Counted from the whole stretch's first letter, positions 1-12,679 are shown. The stretch is 63,557 nt of DNA, filler included, from Octopus bimaculoides (GCF_001194135.2; 9 parts of 7 records of this genome joined end to end with filler, not necessarily neighbours in it); one strand, 5' to 3'. The notes: generated from the letters alone by a model not told the origin. Program-made: numbers and translations.

Positions 1-39
<39 letters not shown>

Positions 40-90
40 GTATGTATATATATATATATATATGTATGTATATATATATGTATATATATA
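1..90. repeat. (TA)n/(TATG) microsatellite
   Basis: Directly visible; source of the spurious YIYI ORF. Confidence 0.95.
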
Positions 91-605
91 TGAAAACAGT
101 TAACTCCTTATTGTTAGTTCAACAAAACATATTTGAAGAACCACAACTGAAACAAAACATATTTTGTCCCACTAACAATTATGGTTTAAGTGTTTATCCA
201 CTCTCACACTCATTTTTGAGCCCTTTATTCTAAGTGACTGGACATATCCCCCCTCTTTAAAATTGTCCCCTCTGACTCATACGTGTTTTTGCTTATATAC
301 ATATAATTTATTTATTGTGACTATAATTTGGTGGATATATGTGTATATATTATAAGTGTAGCTGGTGTTTATTGTTTAGCATTTGCTTAGCCTGACAGAA
401 CAAACTCCCCATCGAACTCAATCCAAACTTCATCCTCCCACTTTGTTTTCAGAAATTGCCCCTTCATTATATCATCCAATAGGTCCCTTTTTCAGGATGC
501 TGTGTGATATGGCTGCTACTTCTAACATTTTGAGTTCCCTGTAAGTCAATCCTTGTAAGATCAGTGTATGTAAAGTTTTGTGTGTATGTGCTTGGNNNNN
601 NNNNN

Positions 606-671
<66 letters not shown>

Positions 672-673
<2 letters not shown>

Positions 674-890
674 ATGGGGTGCTGTAAAGTTCCTGGCTTT
701 AAGGGTATCGTGAAAGGCCTGGTTGGTGGCCCAGGTTTCAGAGTTCTTTTACAGGACTTAGAAAAACTGAAGGACCACTGCAATAAGTGTGTGAATCTGA
801 GAGGGGAATATGTTGAATAAAATCATAATTAACTGATTGTCCTATATTTCATTTTACCCAAAGCCAAGGAACTTTGCAGTACCTCCTGCA
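672..890 (+). mobile_element. Non-autonomous mariner derivative (MITE) retaining transposase C-terminal codons
   Basis: Imperfect TIRs GGGGTGCTGTAAAGTTCCTGGCTTT (676-700) and AAAGCCAAGGAACTTTGCAGTACCTCC (860-886). 752-820 reads QDLEKLKDHCNKCVNLRGEYVE*, matching the mariner C-terminus pattern (KL..RW.KC....G.YVE). Confidence 0.75.
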
Positions 891-1283
891 TGTTTCTGTG
901 TACACATCTATATAAAATGAGATGATGCATAAAATATAAAAAATATATATCCACAGTCACTGAACTTTTAATTACCATGAAATATATATTTTTTTATGTT
1001 TTATACATCATCATTTTGTATATACATTCACATCAATCGATTGCTGAATAACCTCTGATTTACAGTTTGTGTGGATCATCCTGTGGATTTAACCAATACG
1101 GATCCTTATATTCCTTATTTGAAATTCTGTTAACCAGGTTTTTTTTGCAAAAAGTGCTGAGTTATTTGCCTGGATGTTTTAAATCCCTATTTTATATCAC
1201 TGNNNNNNNNNNNNNNNNNNNNNNNNNNNNNNNNNNNNNNNNNNNNNNNNNNNNNNNNNNNNNNNNNNNNNNNNNNNNNNNNN

Positions 1284-1325
<42 letters not shown>

Positions 1326-2410
1326 ATAATGAATAAAATAAAATTTTTGAATTAAAAATAAACAGAAAATGCTTTGTTATAATTATTAGTTAGCAACTAA
1401 TAGTAAATTATAAGTTAGCAACTGTTAACTGAATTAGCAATTAGTTAATTATTGACAGGTATGTCAATGTGATGGTTGTCTTCTGTCAATTAGTTGTTGG
1501 TTTGTTCCTTGGTTTGTTGGTTGGTAGGTTTTTCTAAATGGTTGTTTGGCTGGCTGGGCACATAGCTGGTTGGTTGGTTGGTTGGTTGGTTGGTTGGTTG
1601 GTTGGCCTGTTGTTTGCGTGTGTGTGTGTGTGTACTATACTCACATCATCACTTTAGACTTGATGACTGTTAAAGCTCGAGCAAGAAATATCCAAATGGC
1701 ACATGTAGCGACGCAGAAAAACACACCGATCCACATGAGAGTTATTGGATATCCATAAGTGATCTGTCGAGTATGGCACAATTGGGGTGGAAGTGTCACA
1801 AAGTAGAAGCAGTCCTCAATTTCGTAGGTCCGCTTTGTATAGGTGATTACTAACGTGAACACTCCGAAGATACCTGTAAGAAGAGGGCGAAGGTATTTGG
1901 ATACAGGTGGGTTGAGGTGGATTGGAGGTAGGAAAGAGAGGTGGGGGATGAAAGACAAGGTGTAATGAGTATTTGTGTGTGTGAGAGAGAGAGAGTGTAG
2001 AGGGTAAAGTTAGGATGGTGACGAGGAGAGAGAGAGAGAGAAATGGAGAGATTAATAAGGTAAACAGAAGCAAAGTATAGAAAGGGGAGAGTTTGTAGGA
2101 GAAAGAGTAGGAAGGAGGAAGCAGTGTGAGGAGTAGAAAGAGGTGTATTGAGAGGAGTAAGGAGGAAAGTGGATGGAGGGAAAGAGGAGGAGGAGGAAAA
2201 GTAATAGGGAAGAGGCAGAGGTGAATAAGGGAGACGGGGGGGGTGAAATAAAAGAGAAAAAGAGAAATGTAAAAGATTATAAAGAATTAAACAAAAAAGT
2301 ATAAAATAAGAAATGAAATCATAAAATAATTGGCTCATTAACTGATAAATGGATTTAAATAATTCACTAAATTTGTCCCGGTTTGGAAAGTAAGACTTGA
2401 TCTACAACTA

Positions 2411-2540
2411 CAGCAGTTTTCAGTTTGTGGTCGCTGAGGTTCCATGAACTAAGTTGAAAACTTGTTAAAGCCTGATATCAATTGGATGATTCCATTTCAA
2501 TAAAATGGGTTTGTCATGGTAGGAAGGCTGTGAACCACTG
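2411..2540 (+). mobile_element. Degenerate hAT/Charlie-like MITE
   Basis: Ends CAGCAGTTTTCA and TGTGAACCACTG resemble CAGTGGTT-type TIRs; strongly decayed. Confidence 0.3.
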
Positions 2541-3151
2541 CTTTAAAGTGTCACCATAACCTAATAAATGATCTTTTCTTTTTCAATGGTCAAGAGAAAC
2601 TGCCTCTGCCCATGGCCTCTGGATTTGGTGAGGTCAGTCTCTACTATAATAAAGAAAGCAGCTTGTGAATTAATTATGAGTATGTGACGTTTTACTAAAA
2701 GAACACAATTATTACAGTCTACACCAATTTTGATATATTTTTTTTTAATAAAAATGTGGGTTTTTTAAAAAATTCCTTTGCATTATTGAAGATTTCGACA
2801 ACATGATTCAATCAGAAAGTTTTTATTTGCTCTGACATAGCATTTTTAATATCTCACAGTTCTTTTCCTTCTGCTGTTTCCTTGCAATGCTCTCTCTTAG
2901 TTTGTCTCTCTTCTTAATCTCTTCTTAATTTATCACCTGTATTTCTCCATCTCTTCTTAATCTATCACCTGTATTTCTAGTCATCTTTCTATCTCTCTCT
3001 TACTCTTATCCTCATACTTTTTTTTTCCATGTCTTTCTCCCTTCAGTCTTTGTGTCTTCTCATTCAAAAACTTAGTTTATATCCCTTTCCCCTGTTATTT
3101 CTTTGAATAATTTCCTCTGCAAACTCTTTCACTTTCTCTCCTTGCAACTCT

Positions 3152-3159
<8 letters not shown>

Positions 3160-3205
<46 letters not shown>
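3160..3205. repeat. (CT)n microsatellite
   Basis: Directly visible. Confidence 0.95.
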
Positions 3206-3208
<3 letters not shown>

Positions 3209-5597
3209 AATTGTTTTCATTTAAAAAAAAATAAGTGATCAACAAAGCCTTTTTGTTTTGAGATACTTTAAGAATATTTGTGAAAATCTTTACACTATAT
3301 CTATTTATCCATTTATCATATCAAAATTACTCAGAAATTTTTCATTTCAAGTTCTATAAATATTGGCAGTTATCAGCAATTTTGTACAAGCAAACAGGAC
3401 AGACAAAACTACCTGAAAGGTGGTGTGTCTGCTAGTAAAATGAATGTCCTCTAATAAAATGAATAAAATCAAGAAGAGCTACGTAGCTCTCCTTGATCAC
3501 TGCTGAACTGGGGATGACTTTTAGGGACTCTATAGATGAAGTTCCTACAACAAGGTTTGTAAATAAGAATAGAAAGAAGTGGTTTCATTATTACACTGTG
3601 TGGTTAAGGAATCTGCTTAGAAATCATCTGGTTGTGGGTTCAAACCTTGCTATGTGACACCATAGGCAAAGTGCCTTGTGAATGTAATTCAGTAGCTGGA
3701 AACTGTATAAATCCATTGCTGTGCATACATACTAAGTTTTAATGTTCCAGCTCGCTTCTGCTGTTTACAGCAGTGCTTGGAAGGAAGGTGTGTAGCGTGT
3801 GATTGTCGCATTGACCATGGCAGTGTAAGTTGAGAATCACTACACATCATAAGAAATGTACTGAAGGTTTGGCTGAAGGAAGGGCACCTGGCTATAGAAC
3901 AATTCCAGTTGCTTCACTTATGCCAATCAATGAGCCTTTTGGAAACCTGTCCTTAATTTTGACTATGGATGAGGTTTCTCATACCAGCTTGGGAAAGCAG
4001 GCACAAAAATGGTGGTGATGTTAGTGGTGGAGGCGGCAGCAGCAGTGGTGGACGGTGTTGTTGATGCTGCCGCTGATGATCTTCTAAAGCCACTTCTGTA
4101 ACAAAAATTTAAAAAAACAAAAAGAAAATATATAATAGTCTATATACACAAGTCTCTTTGTCTATCATGTTCACTGCATCTGCTACCAGTAATATCACAA
4201 GCACCACCATCACCACCACCACCAACACCAACAACAACAACATCTTTAACATCAAAACACTAAGACAATGGCACAACAGAATATCAAAAAATGATACAAT
4301 ATGACCAAAGTGTAATGCAGCAGAAGGTAATTATAATATTGGGAGGAGGTCAAGTCAATTATATTGACCCTAGTGCTTGACTGATACTTATTTTACAGAC
4401 CCCAAAAGGATGAAGGGCAAAGTGACCCCCAGTGGCATTTGAGCTCAGGAAGAATGTCACTAAACATTTAACTCTGACAGTTTGCCACCTTAGAAGATAA
4501 TTACAATTACTAGCAAATAAATTGTGCAGTGTTTCATGTTTACAAATGTCAGATTTTAAAGATTTATTTGCTCAATAACATTTATCCACATTTCCAATGC
4601 CTACACATCTATAACACTTAATAAGATTTATATCTCAGTCCCTGTGACACAATTCTACTTTGATGTGTCTATAATTGATTGCTGAGAAATAATTATCCCG
4701 TTTCCTGTTTCTTTCCTTTCTCCTTGTCTCACTCAATTGGGTTTCATGATTACATTGTATCAATTTGAGTTTCAAAAATGTCCTCTTCTTGCCAATTCTG
4801 ATAAATGATGGATGATGAAGTAATTTTGGTCAGTTGGTCAGTATATAATTTCAGCTGTTGATCATCAGTCATCCAGTAATACTACGTAGGAGGGTGTTGT
4901 GTTGATTGGCAGAAATATGAGAACACTGCACTAAAATGTTTTGCATTAGTTGGTTTTGTTTTTGCTTTTACATTTCAAGAGGTGACCAATTTTGTTCTTT
5001 ATGCTTCTACAATCAATTGATCAAGCACTAGTAATAAATGGGTAATTATTTAATGGACTAATTCATATCCCACACTTATAAAAAAAAATGGCACAAGTGG
5101 AAGTTAGAAATCGTAAATGTCATACTTATCATGGTGGAATATCAAACGTAGGAATTTACATTGCAGCCTCATAGTTTAAGGTTCAGTCCTTGGGCAAATG
5201 CCTTGTCTATTTGGCAGATGGAAACTATGCACAAGTCTATTCTATAGATTAGTGATATACTCCAAGGTTTCCTTCATCTTGCAAAAAGACAAGAAGGTTA
5301 GGGGTGAAATTCCTTCCATTATAGGTCAGCTCAATGACAAAAACAATGAAGGAACCTTAGACTCCAACTACTTTCTTCAAACAGGGAACTTATACAGAGT
5401 TACTCAACTGATTAGATAAAGTAACCATATCCGTCTTCTATTACACATTTCCCTCGTAAAAACGAGATGGAGACTTTGGATAGTGTAGCAGCTGATACAG
5501 CAAGCCTCAAACAAAGTCAGGATTGCAACTGCTTGAATATATTTGATATCTACTCAATCAAAGCCTACCTGGGGCTGAAGCAACATTGTTATTGTTT

Positions 5598-5636
<39 letters not shown>

Positions 5637-5643
5637 CGTGCAA

Positions 5644-5686
<43 letters not shown>

Positions 5687-5719
5687 AGTGATTGTGTGTG
5701 TGAGTGAATGTGTGTGTAA

Positions 5720-5960
5720 GTGATCCTCATCATCACCACCACCACCATCATTTAATGTGTTTTCTGTGCTGGTGGCATGGGCTTGATGGTTGAACAGAAG
5801 CTAGCAAGCCAGCCAAAGGACTGCACCAAGCCCTAATGTCTGCTTTGACATGGTTTCTATGACTGGATGCCCTTCCAAATGCCAACCACCTTACAGAGTG
5901 AACTGAGTCCAGTCCCAAGTAACTCACAAGACAAGACCTCTCAACTGAGGGAGGTGGCTT
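5720..5960 (-). mobile_element. RTE-type LINE 3'UTR fragment (diverged)
   Basis: CTGGATGCCCTTCC..ATGCCAACCAC core shared with 17718-17966 and, as reverse complement, 45273-45807. Confidence 0.5.
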
Positions 5961-6320
5961 TATGCTAGGTAATGAGAGGTGAAAGTATGCAGGGGAGGTA
6001 CATGGTTATCCCAGTTTGAAAAGGGAGAAGATGGTGGTGAAGATATGTCAGGGCAAATCCTCAAGTTACAGGAAGGTGAATATTAGAGAAATGGTTCAGA
6101 AGATTGGATAGGGGTGAATGGGAGGTGAGCATATTCACAAGAGGAGTGTGGAAGGAGAGAGGCAGGTGAGGTTAGAAGTGAATGCAGTGAGTGACGAATA
6201 TGGATGGAGGTGTAATTAATTGTGAATAAAAGCTGGAGGAAGCATGGATGAGGGAGGTAATTGGTAGTAGCACAGGTGATGAAGCAAAAATGAAGAGAGA
6301 ATCCTTCTGCAGAGCCTTTT

Positions 6321-6630
6321 AACAGGCAACTACATGTTGATTTAGGCAAGCAGCTGATATTTGCACAGCACACTGCACCAAGATCAGTCCAAACAGACAT
6401 GATCATTAGTTCTGGGATACTAAAACAACTGGTTGTGCTGGAATTTACAGAAGTCTGGAAAAAAAGCATTTTGAAGAAATTAATGAGTAAGAAATGTACA
6501 GACTAGGATAGAAATGCCAGAACAGAGACTGAAAAATGCATCTTAACCTAACAGAAGTGAGTGAGAAATTCTTTGCTGGGAATTCACTTTGCAAAAACAT
6601 CAACCATTTGAGCATTCAAGGCATTTTAGA
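6321..6630 (+). mobile_element. Hero-like (R2-group) non-LTR retrotransposon, restriction-like endonuclease remnant
   Basis: Reads NRQLHVDLGKQLIFAQHTAPRSVQTDMIISSGILKQLVVLEFTEVWKK, matching Hero-type VDLGKQL.FP..I..T.LRPD..L......V..ELTVPWE; frameshifted downstream, followed by a poly(A) run at about 6638-6679. Confidence 0.6.
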
Positions 6631-6634
6631 ATGA

Positions 6635-6680
<46 letters not shown>

Positions 6681-7506
6681 AAAGGTGGCCATTCAATCTG
6701 TAAGCAAAAACTAAGAGATAGCTACCATGTGAAACAGAATTAAAAGGGCTGATAAGTTGACAGGGGTTGCAGGGATGAAAGCTGGAGCCTGATAAACCTT
6801 GGCTAAGTCTCTTAGAAAAGGGTCTCTAATGTTAAATTATCCCAAAATACTTTATCTTCCTAGTCTAAGAATGCATCTCAACTCATCCAGGAGATGTATC
6901 TTGCACATTGTGTATATATATATATTCATATGTTCATGGATATGTGCTTACGTGTGTGTCTTGAAGCAAAGCAAAAGATTCATGATAAAAGGCATAAACT
7001 TCCTAGATTACAACGTTGCCATTCAAATTCTGATCTGTTCAATTTCTTAGTTTGATATCTTCTAAGCCAGGAGCCACAACAGCAGACCACAAACCTGGTC
7101 TCTAGGTGCTTTCACTAGAATTCATTCTATAGCAACCATTCAAACCAGTCTTTCAGCTCTCTCCACAATTTTTTCTTTCCACAACAGACTAGGAAATGAT
7201 TAATTTTAGCATTCTCACCTCGACTGGAAGGGCAGTCTGTCACAGTCAAAGACCCCCATCCTTTCTCTTCCATTACCTTTTCTTTCTAATTTACAAAGAA
7301 AAATAAATAAAGACACAAGTATTTGTTCTTACCAGCCATCATATATAGAGTTCCAGTTACCATTACTAATGCAACTTGCTTCTTGAAAACAGCAATAATT
7401 CCAAGAGCTGAAGCTGTCATTAAATCTATCGTGCTAACAATCAAACACGATGCTGCAGATGTCTGCATTTCTGGAAAAGAGAAACAAAATCTATCACTTA
7501 TGTTTA

Positions 7507-7507
7507 C

Positions 7508-7567
<60 letters not shown>
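7507..7567. repeat. (AAT)n microsatellite
   Basis: Directly visible. Confidence 0.95.
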
Positions 7568-7568
<1 letters not shown>

Positions 7569-8290
7569 TATATATATAAAGAAAAACGAAGTAGTCAGGA
7601 TTTGGGATAATTATTTATTTAGTGCTTTCATTTCTTTCAAAGGGTTCATCAGGAGTGATTCATTTCCAGAAAATTCATGTCTTTCATAAATATGTGAGTT
7701 AATTGAAAAAAAATCTAGAGTTGAATTGGGAAGTGGATGTTCTTTGTTATTTGGAGTCTATGTGTGTGTGTATACATGTGTGTGCATAGGTGTGTGTGTA
7801 TACATGTGTGTGCATAGGTGTGTGTGAATGTATGTGTGTGTAACTATGTGGTGAATTTTTGGAAGCTTGGTCCGACAGATAAAAAAAAATCAAACACACA
7901 CACACACATATATATAAATAAAACGCATGAATTTTCACAAATAAATCTCTCATGATGAACTTCTTAAAAAAGAGATGAAGACACTAAATAAATGATTATC
8001 CAAAGTCCTAATTACCTCCTTTTTCTTAATCTATAAAATCTGTACACCACTTCAAAAGAATATCCTGGTGTAGAACTCAATATACAATGCTTCTGAACAA
8101 AATGTTTGATGAGTCTAGAGCAGTAATAATAAAAAGAGATGAAACAAGAAAAACAATGGTTGGGTTATGAACTTCATTACCTTACAGACATTTCTACTAT
8201 AAGATGCAGATGAACTAAGAGTCCACTGCATCTTATAATAGCAGAAACAGCTGTAAGTGTGGGAGTTGCTGTTGCTTATTACTAGTGTTG

Positions 8291-8662
8291 TTATAATCTC
8301 CGCTTTAGCGAAGGTAGAGGTATTGTTTCCAGTCTTGTTTGTTTGTTTGTTAGTCCATGACAAAAGGTCTCAAGAACCACTGGATGGATTTGGATGAAAC
8401 TTTAAGGGACATCTGGACTCGTGATTGGCCTGAATTGATTAGATTTTGGAATCGATCTGGTACTGGACGAGGATTCTGGATTATTTTTCCTATTTTTTTA
8501 CTTAATTTGTGAGAGCAGTCAGGTTCATTTTTAGTATTCTCATTTGTGAGAGCAGTCAAGTTTATTTCAGATATTCTTATTTCAAAACTCATCGCCAGCT
8601 GACCAATGAGAGGACGTTGGTGTTGCTTTAGCGGAGGTTTGTGCTCTCTGGGTGCTCTTGTT
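8291..8662 (+). mobile_element. Helentron-associated non-autonomous element (HINE/DINE-like)
   Basis: Subterminal inverted repeat CTCCGCT (8298-8304)/AGCGGAG (8630-8636), (GTTT)n near the 5' end, GGATGGATTTGGATGAAACTT core, short 3' stem GTGCTC-TCT-GGGTGC, TT at both ends. Confidence 0.6.
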
Positions 8663-8921
8663 ATATTTTTATTTTTGAGCTGTTGCCAAATGGGAAACCC
8701 TTACACCAAACAGCCAGTCACACAAGTTGTTTAGGTGGTCTGTTTAAGGAGTAGGTAAGAGGGGTTATAGGAAGAACAGGAGCAAGGTGGGACATAGAGG
8801 GATATAGGCAACGAATTAAAACCCAGCATGGTTCTTTTCAAAGAAGATCACGATGAGCTAGCTAGAACCAGCTTTAGATATATATATATATGTATACAAA
8901 TACATTGTTATATTATAAACA

Positions 8922-9162
8922 GAATGAATCTGATGAAGGAAAAAAACAAGCTTACTGTTCAAAGTTTAAAAGTCTGTGAGTGAGTGACCACAGCTGGCTG
9001 AAGAATGTCTTCTATGATGATGATGATGATGATGATGATGGTAGCAGTGAACCACCACCACCGCCATCATAGAAAACATTCTTTAGTCAGTCATGGCAAC
9101 TCACTCACAGACTTTTAAACTTTCAACGGTAGGCTTGTTCTTTTCCTCTGTTAAATTCATTC
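8922..9162. repeat. Long imperfect inverted repeat (98-bp arms)
   Basis: 8922-9019 vs reverse complement of 9065-9162: about 83% identical by eye with a perfect 25-bp core AAAGTTTAAAAGTCTGTGAGTGAGT. Confidence 0.85.
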
Positions 9163-9274
9163 TTGTTCAAATTATAGTAATGTTTCCATTTGTTTCTTTT
9201 GTTGTTTATGTATTCAGCTCTTTTGTTTTCGTATTTCATCTTGTTTATGGTTTGTGACATCTTGTACCTATATA

Positions 9275-9377
<103 letters not shown>

Positions 9378-9420
9378 ATATACATATTATTTATATTATA
9401 TATATATATATATATATATA

Positions 9421-9540
9421 GGAAGGGCATCCAACTATAGAAACCACGCCAAATCAGACTGGAGCCTGATACAGCTTGCCAGTTCTAGTCAAATTGTTCA
9501 ACCCATGCCAGCATGGACAACAGACGTTAAATGATGATGA
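9421..9540 (+). mobile_element. RTE-type LINE 3' tail
   Basis: GGAAGGGCATCCA...CAACCCATGCCAGCATGGA...GACGTTAAATGATGATG, same terminus as 45273-45807. Confidence 0.65.
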
Positions 9541-9578
<38 letters not shown>

Positions 9579-10174
9579 CACACAACACACGGGGGCATAT
9601 GAATAACAAAACACGAATGCAAAAATCACCAAAAGCCCAAGAGACATCCACATTGAATATTATTAGTTTTTATGCTGAAAGGAAAAAGTTAAGGGTCAAA
9701 GTATGATCTTTTGGATGTAGCCTGTCATTGGGTTTACAAAGAAAAGGGTACAGAAGAGGAGAAAGACAGAAGGAAAAGAGAGAGGATAAGAGAGCCAGGG
9801 GAAAAAATACACCTGTGTAACATAAAAAGTGAACAGGTGAAAGCACTCACTACAGGTGAGAGCCTTGAAGTCAAAACACCTGATAACAAAACTATGAGCC
9901 ACCAAGGGAACCTCTACATGGTTGTCTGACTAGATAGAAATAGTAATTAATTCTTCCTCAAATCACAGGTGTTGTTTTTAATAGAAGTATACACTGGATA
10001 ATGTAGTCTAGAGTACAATGTGCGTGAAAAAAATAAATAAAACAAGCATCTGAAAAAGACCAGAGGGTACAATGACAAAAATATTGTAACCATAACAACC
10101 AAGACAAGAACACTGGTATTACTACAACAGTATGTAATAATCTAGTATACAATTAAACTAAGATAGTCAACTAT

Positions 10175-10280
10175 GTATCACACTTAAAGTATACACATTG
10201 TCAATCGGCCAGTTACTGCAGCCAGAATAAATACTGCAGTAACTAGTCTATTGACAGTGTATATACATTTACTATGATAC
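10175..10280. other. ~106-nt imperfect hairpin
   Basis: AGTTACTGCAG (10211-10221) pairs perfectly with CTGCAGTAACT (10234-10244) around a 12-nt loop; pairing extends through TGTCAAT/ATTGACA, ATACAC/GTGTAT and GTATCA/TGATAC. Confidence 0.75.
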
Positions 10281-10514
10281 AATGATAATATTTGTTCAAA
10301 ACACTTCACTTGATGGGTCATTTCGTGGTGGTACACTATTATTCTTATGTGTTCCTCATTTTGTTGATCTAGTATATGTACCACCACACTGGTATGTTAA
10401 CCATTAGACTATACTGGTTTCATATTGCCCCACCACTGTCTGGTCTGTTGTTCTCTTCTCTAATTGGACAGCAACTAAGGTAGCTTGTATGTTGTTAGTT
10501 GTTGCTATAGATAC

Positions 10515-10735
10515 AAGTGATGAATTGGTAGAATCATTAGCCAACCAGACAAAGTGCTTAGCAGCATTTCATCTGTCTTTATATTTTGGGGTCAAATTCC
10601 ACTGAGATCAACTTTACCTTCCATCCTTTTGGGGTCAATAAAATAAGTTACCAGTTGAGCATTGGAATCAACATAATCAAAAAGCCGAATCCCTCAAATT
10701 CCAAGCCTTGTGCCTAGAGCAAAGAAAGGGATTAT
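10515..10735 (+). mobile_element. tRNA-derived SINE, family B (diverged)
   Basis: Head GAATTGGTAGAATCATTAG, core CAACTTTACCTTCCATCCTTTTGGGGTCAATAAAATAAGT, tail GCCTTGTGCCT..ATTATTAT. Confidence 0.6.
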
Positions 10736-11430
10736 TATCTTTTGGTTCTTTCTTCCTGCATGCACCTATAGATCAAAGAACAACCGGTTAAGAAAACCAC
10801 TGGCTTTGGTGGCCAGAGTTGGTTGGATTTGTGAGAATTCTTGGACTGGCCCCTATTGAATGTCTTCTTATATCAGGAGGAGGACTACATCATCAATAGT
10901 TTGCATATCTTTCTTTCTTTGTCATTCATTTATTTACCTCGTCATCTGATTTTATGGACCACACCCTCACCACAATTTACTTAACCTTTGTGTTGTCCCC
11001 TTATTTGACACTCTGTCCCTGTGGCAAATAAAGAGATCATCATCATCATTATCACCCTCAGCAATAGCAGTGGTGATGATGGTAGTCATAGTCGTAGTAG
11101 TTAAAGCAGTAATAGTAGCAATGGTAGTAGTAGTAGTATTACTCTCAGTTTCTTTTCAAACCTCCTCTAGTCAATATAATACATAACTCACTCGTCTGTG
11201 GGCAATTAAAATAAGCAATTAAGTGAAAATGATGCAAATGGCCAATTAAGCCCAAGAATTATATCTCATAAGAGAAAGCTAAACAAGCAAATTAACTGAG
11301 TACACATATAGATGTCTGTGTGTATGGGTGTGTATATTTGTATGTATGTGCATGCACGTGGCTGTGTATATTGAATGTATATGTATATATATACATATAC
11401 ATATATATGTACACAGATTATATGTACAGG

Positions 11431-11485
<55 letters not shown>

Positions 11486-11784
11486 AAAAGCATTGTGTAA
11501 ATTTATCTTTCTGTATGTGTTTGTACAATGACTGCTCTTTATTTAGTAATGTACAAATGTTGTTGTCACCCAGCCCCTAACACCCACTGACCCCTTTTTC
11601 TCATTGTTTAATTTACACAGCTCTTCCCTACTCCACCCCAACTCATACACAACCCTCACACCCAGTTCAAGGAAGACAGAAACAAGGTTGCTTATAAAAA
11701 ATAATGAGGTCCTCATAGAAGTTTCATGTCATCCTTGTTTCACATTCACATCTATGAGGAGAACCATGGAACCTCAAAATCATC

Positions 11785-12369
11785 AGATGCAAACTTAGGG
11801 GTCCACAGACGCCTGTGAGCCCACATGCCAAATACAGGGGGTTTACAAAAAAAAAGTAATGAGGATCCAAAGAGAAAGCATTAGGAATTTGTGAGGAAAG
11901 TACTGTGTTTCATAGAGACAGCACTGAGGATCTACAAAGAAAGTACAGGGATTGCAAAAAGAAAGTACTTGGGACTCTGTCATGAAAGCATTAGGGGTTC
12001 ACAAAGAATGTACTGGGGGATGCAAAGAAAGCATTAGGGATTTATGAGGAAAGTATTAGGGTCTACAAAGAAAGCATTGGAAATTAGTGAAGAAAATACT
12101 GGAGGTTATGAATTCAGCATTTGAGGGTTTGTGAAGAAAGTGCTGGGGTCGACAAATAATTTGGGGGTTTGTGATGAAGACAGTGTGGTCTACAAAGGAA
12201 GAAGTGCAATGAAAGCACTGTGGGTCCACAAGGAATGTACCAGAGGTTTGCAAAGAAAGGGATCCAAAAATGTGTTGAGTAGAAGGATCTTTTAAAAGCT
12301 GTGGGTTCCATGAGAAAAATTAATTTAGATGAAAGGAATCCTTAGTAATGAAAAATTGGGGAACCACTG
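11785..12369 (+). mobile_element. hAT-like MITE with internal degenerate ~21-22-bp minisatellite
   Basis: 3' end TTGGGGAACCACTG (12356-12369); decayed 5' end with GGGGTCCAC; about 20 internal units related to GGGGTCTACAAAGAAAGCATT. Confidence 0.6.
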
Positions 12370-12679
12370 CTGTGTGCAGTTGCTCTATCTCCTACAAATA
12401 ACAACCAAATTCCCTTAACTTACATTCTACTGTTTAAGAAAAAAAACATGTTAGATAATATAGCCAAGTTTTCTATGCAAAGGAAAATGACAGGGTGGTC
12501 ATGGCCAGAATCCCTTGGATCATAGGTCCCACTCAGCTGGGAATGATTTGGAATTAAACAACATCAACTAAAGCCTCTGAGCCCCTTACATAGTCATCTG
12601 ACCAATCAGAAATAGCAGCAACATCTCCCTCAAAATACATCCAGCCATCTTAAATAGGGAAGGACAGATTAGATAATTC

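Noticed and set aside
1680-2330. Mixed-composition segment followed by a purine-rich tract, possibly a retroelement end
   Set aside because: No frame gave a recognisable motif and no termini were identifiable.
7100-7270. Minus-strand CPSSRGENAKINHFLVCC..LW, resembling an L1/Tx1 zinc knuckle
   Set aside because: Cys spacing is wrong and the match is too short to call.
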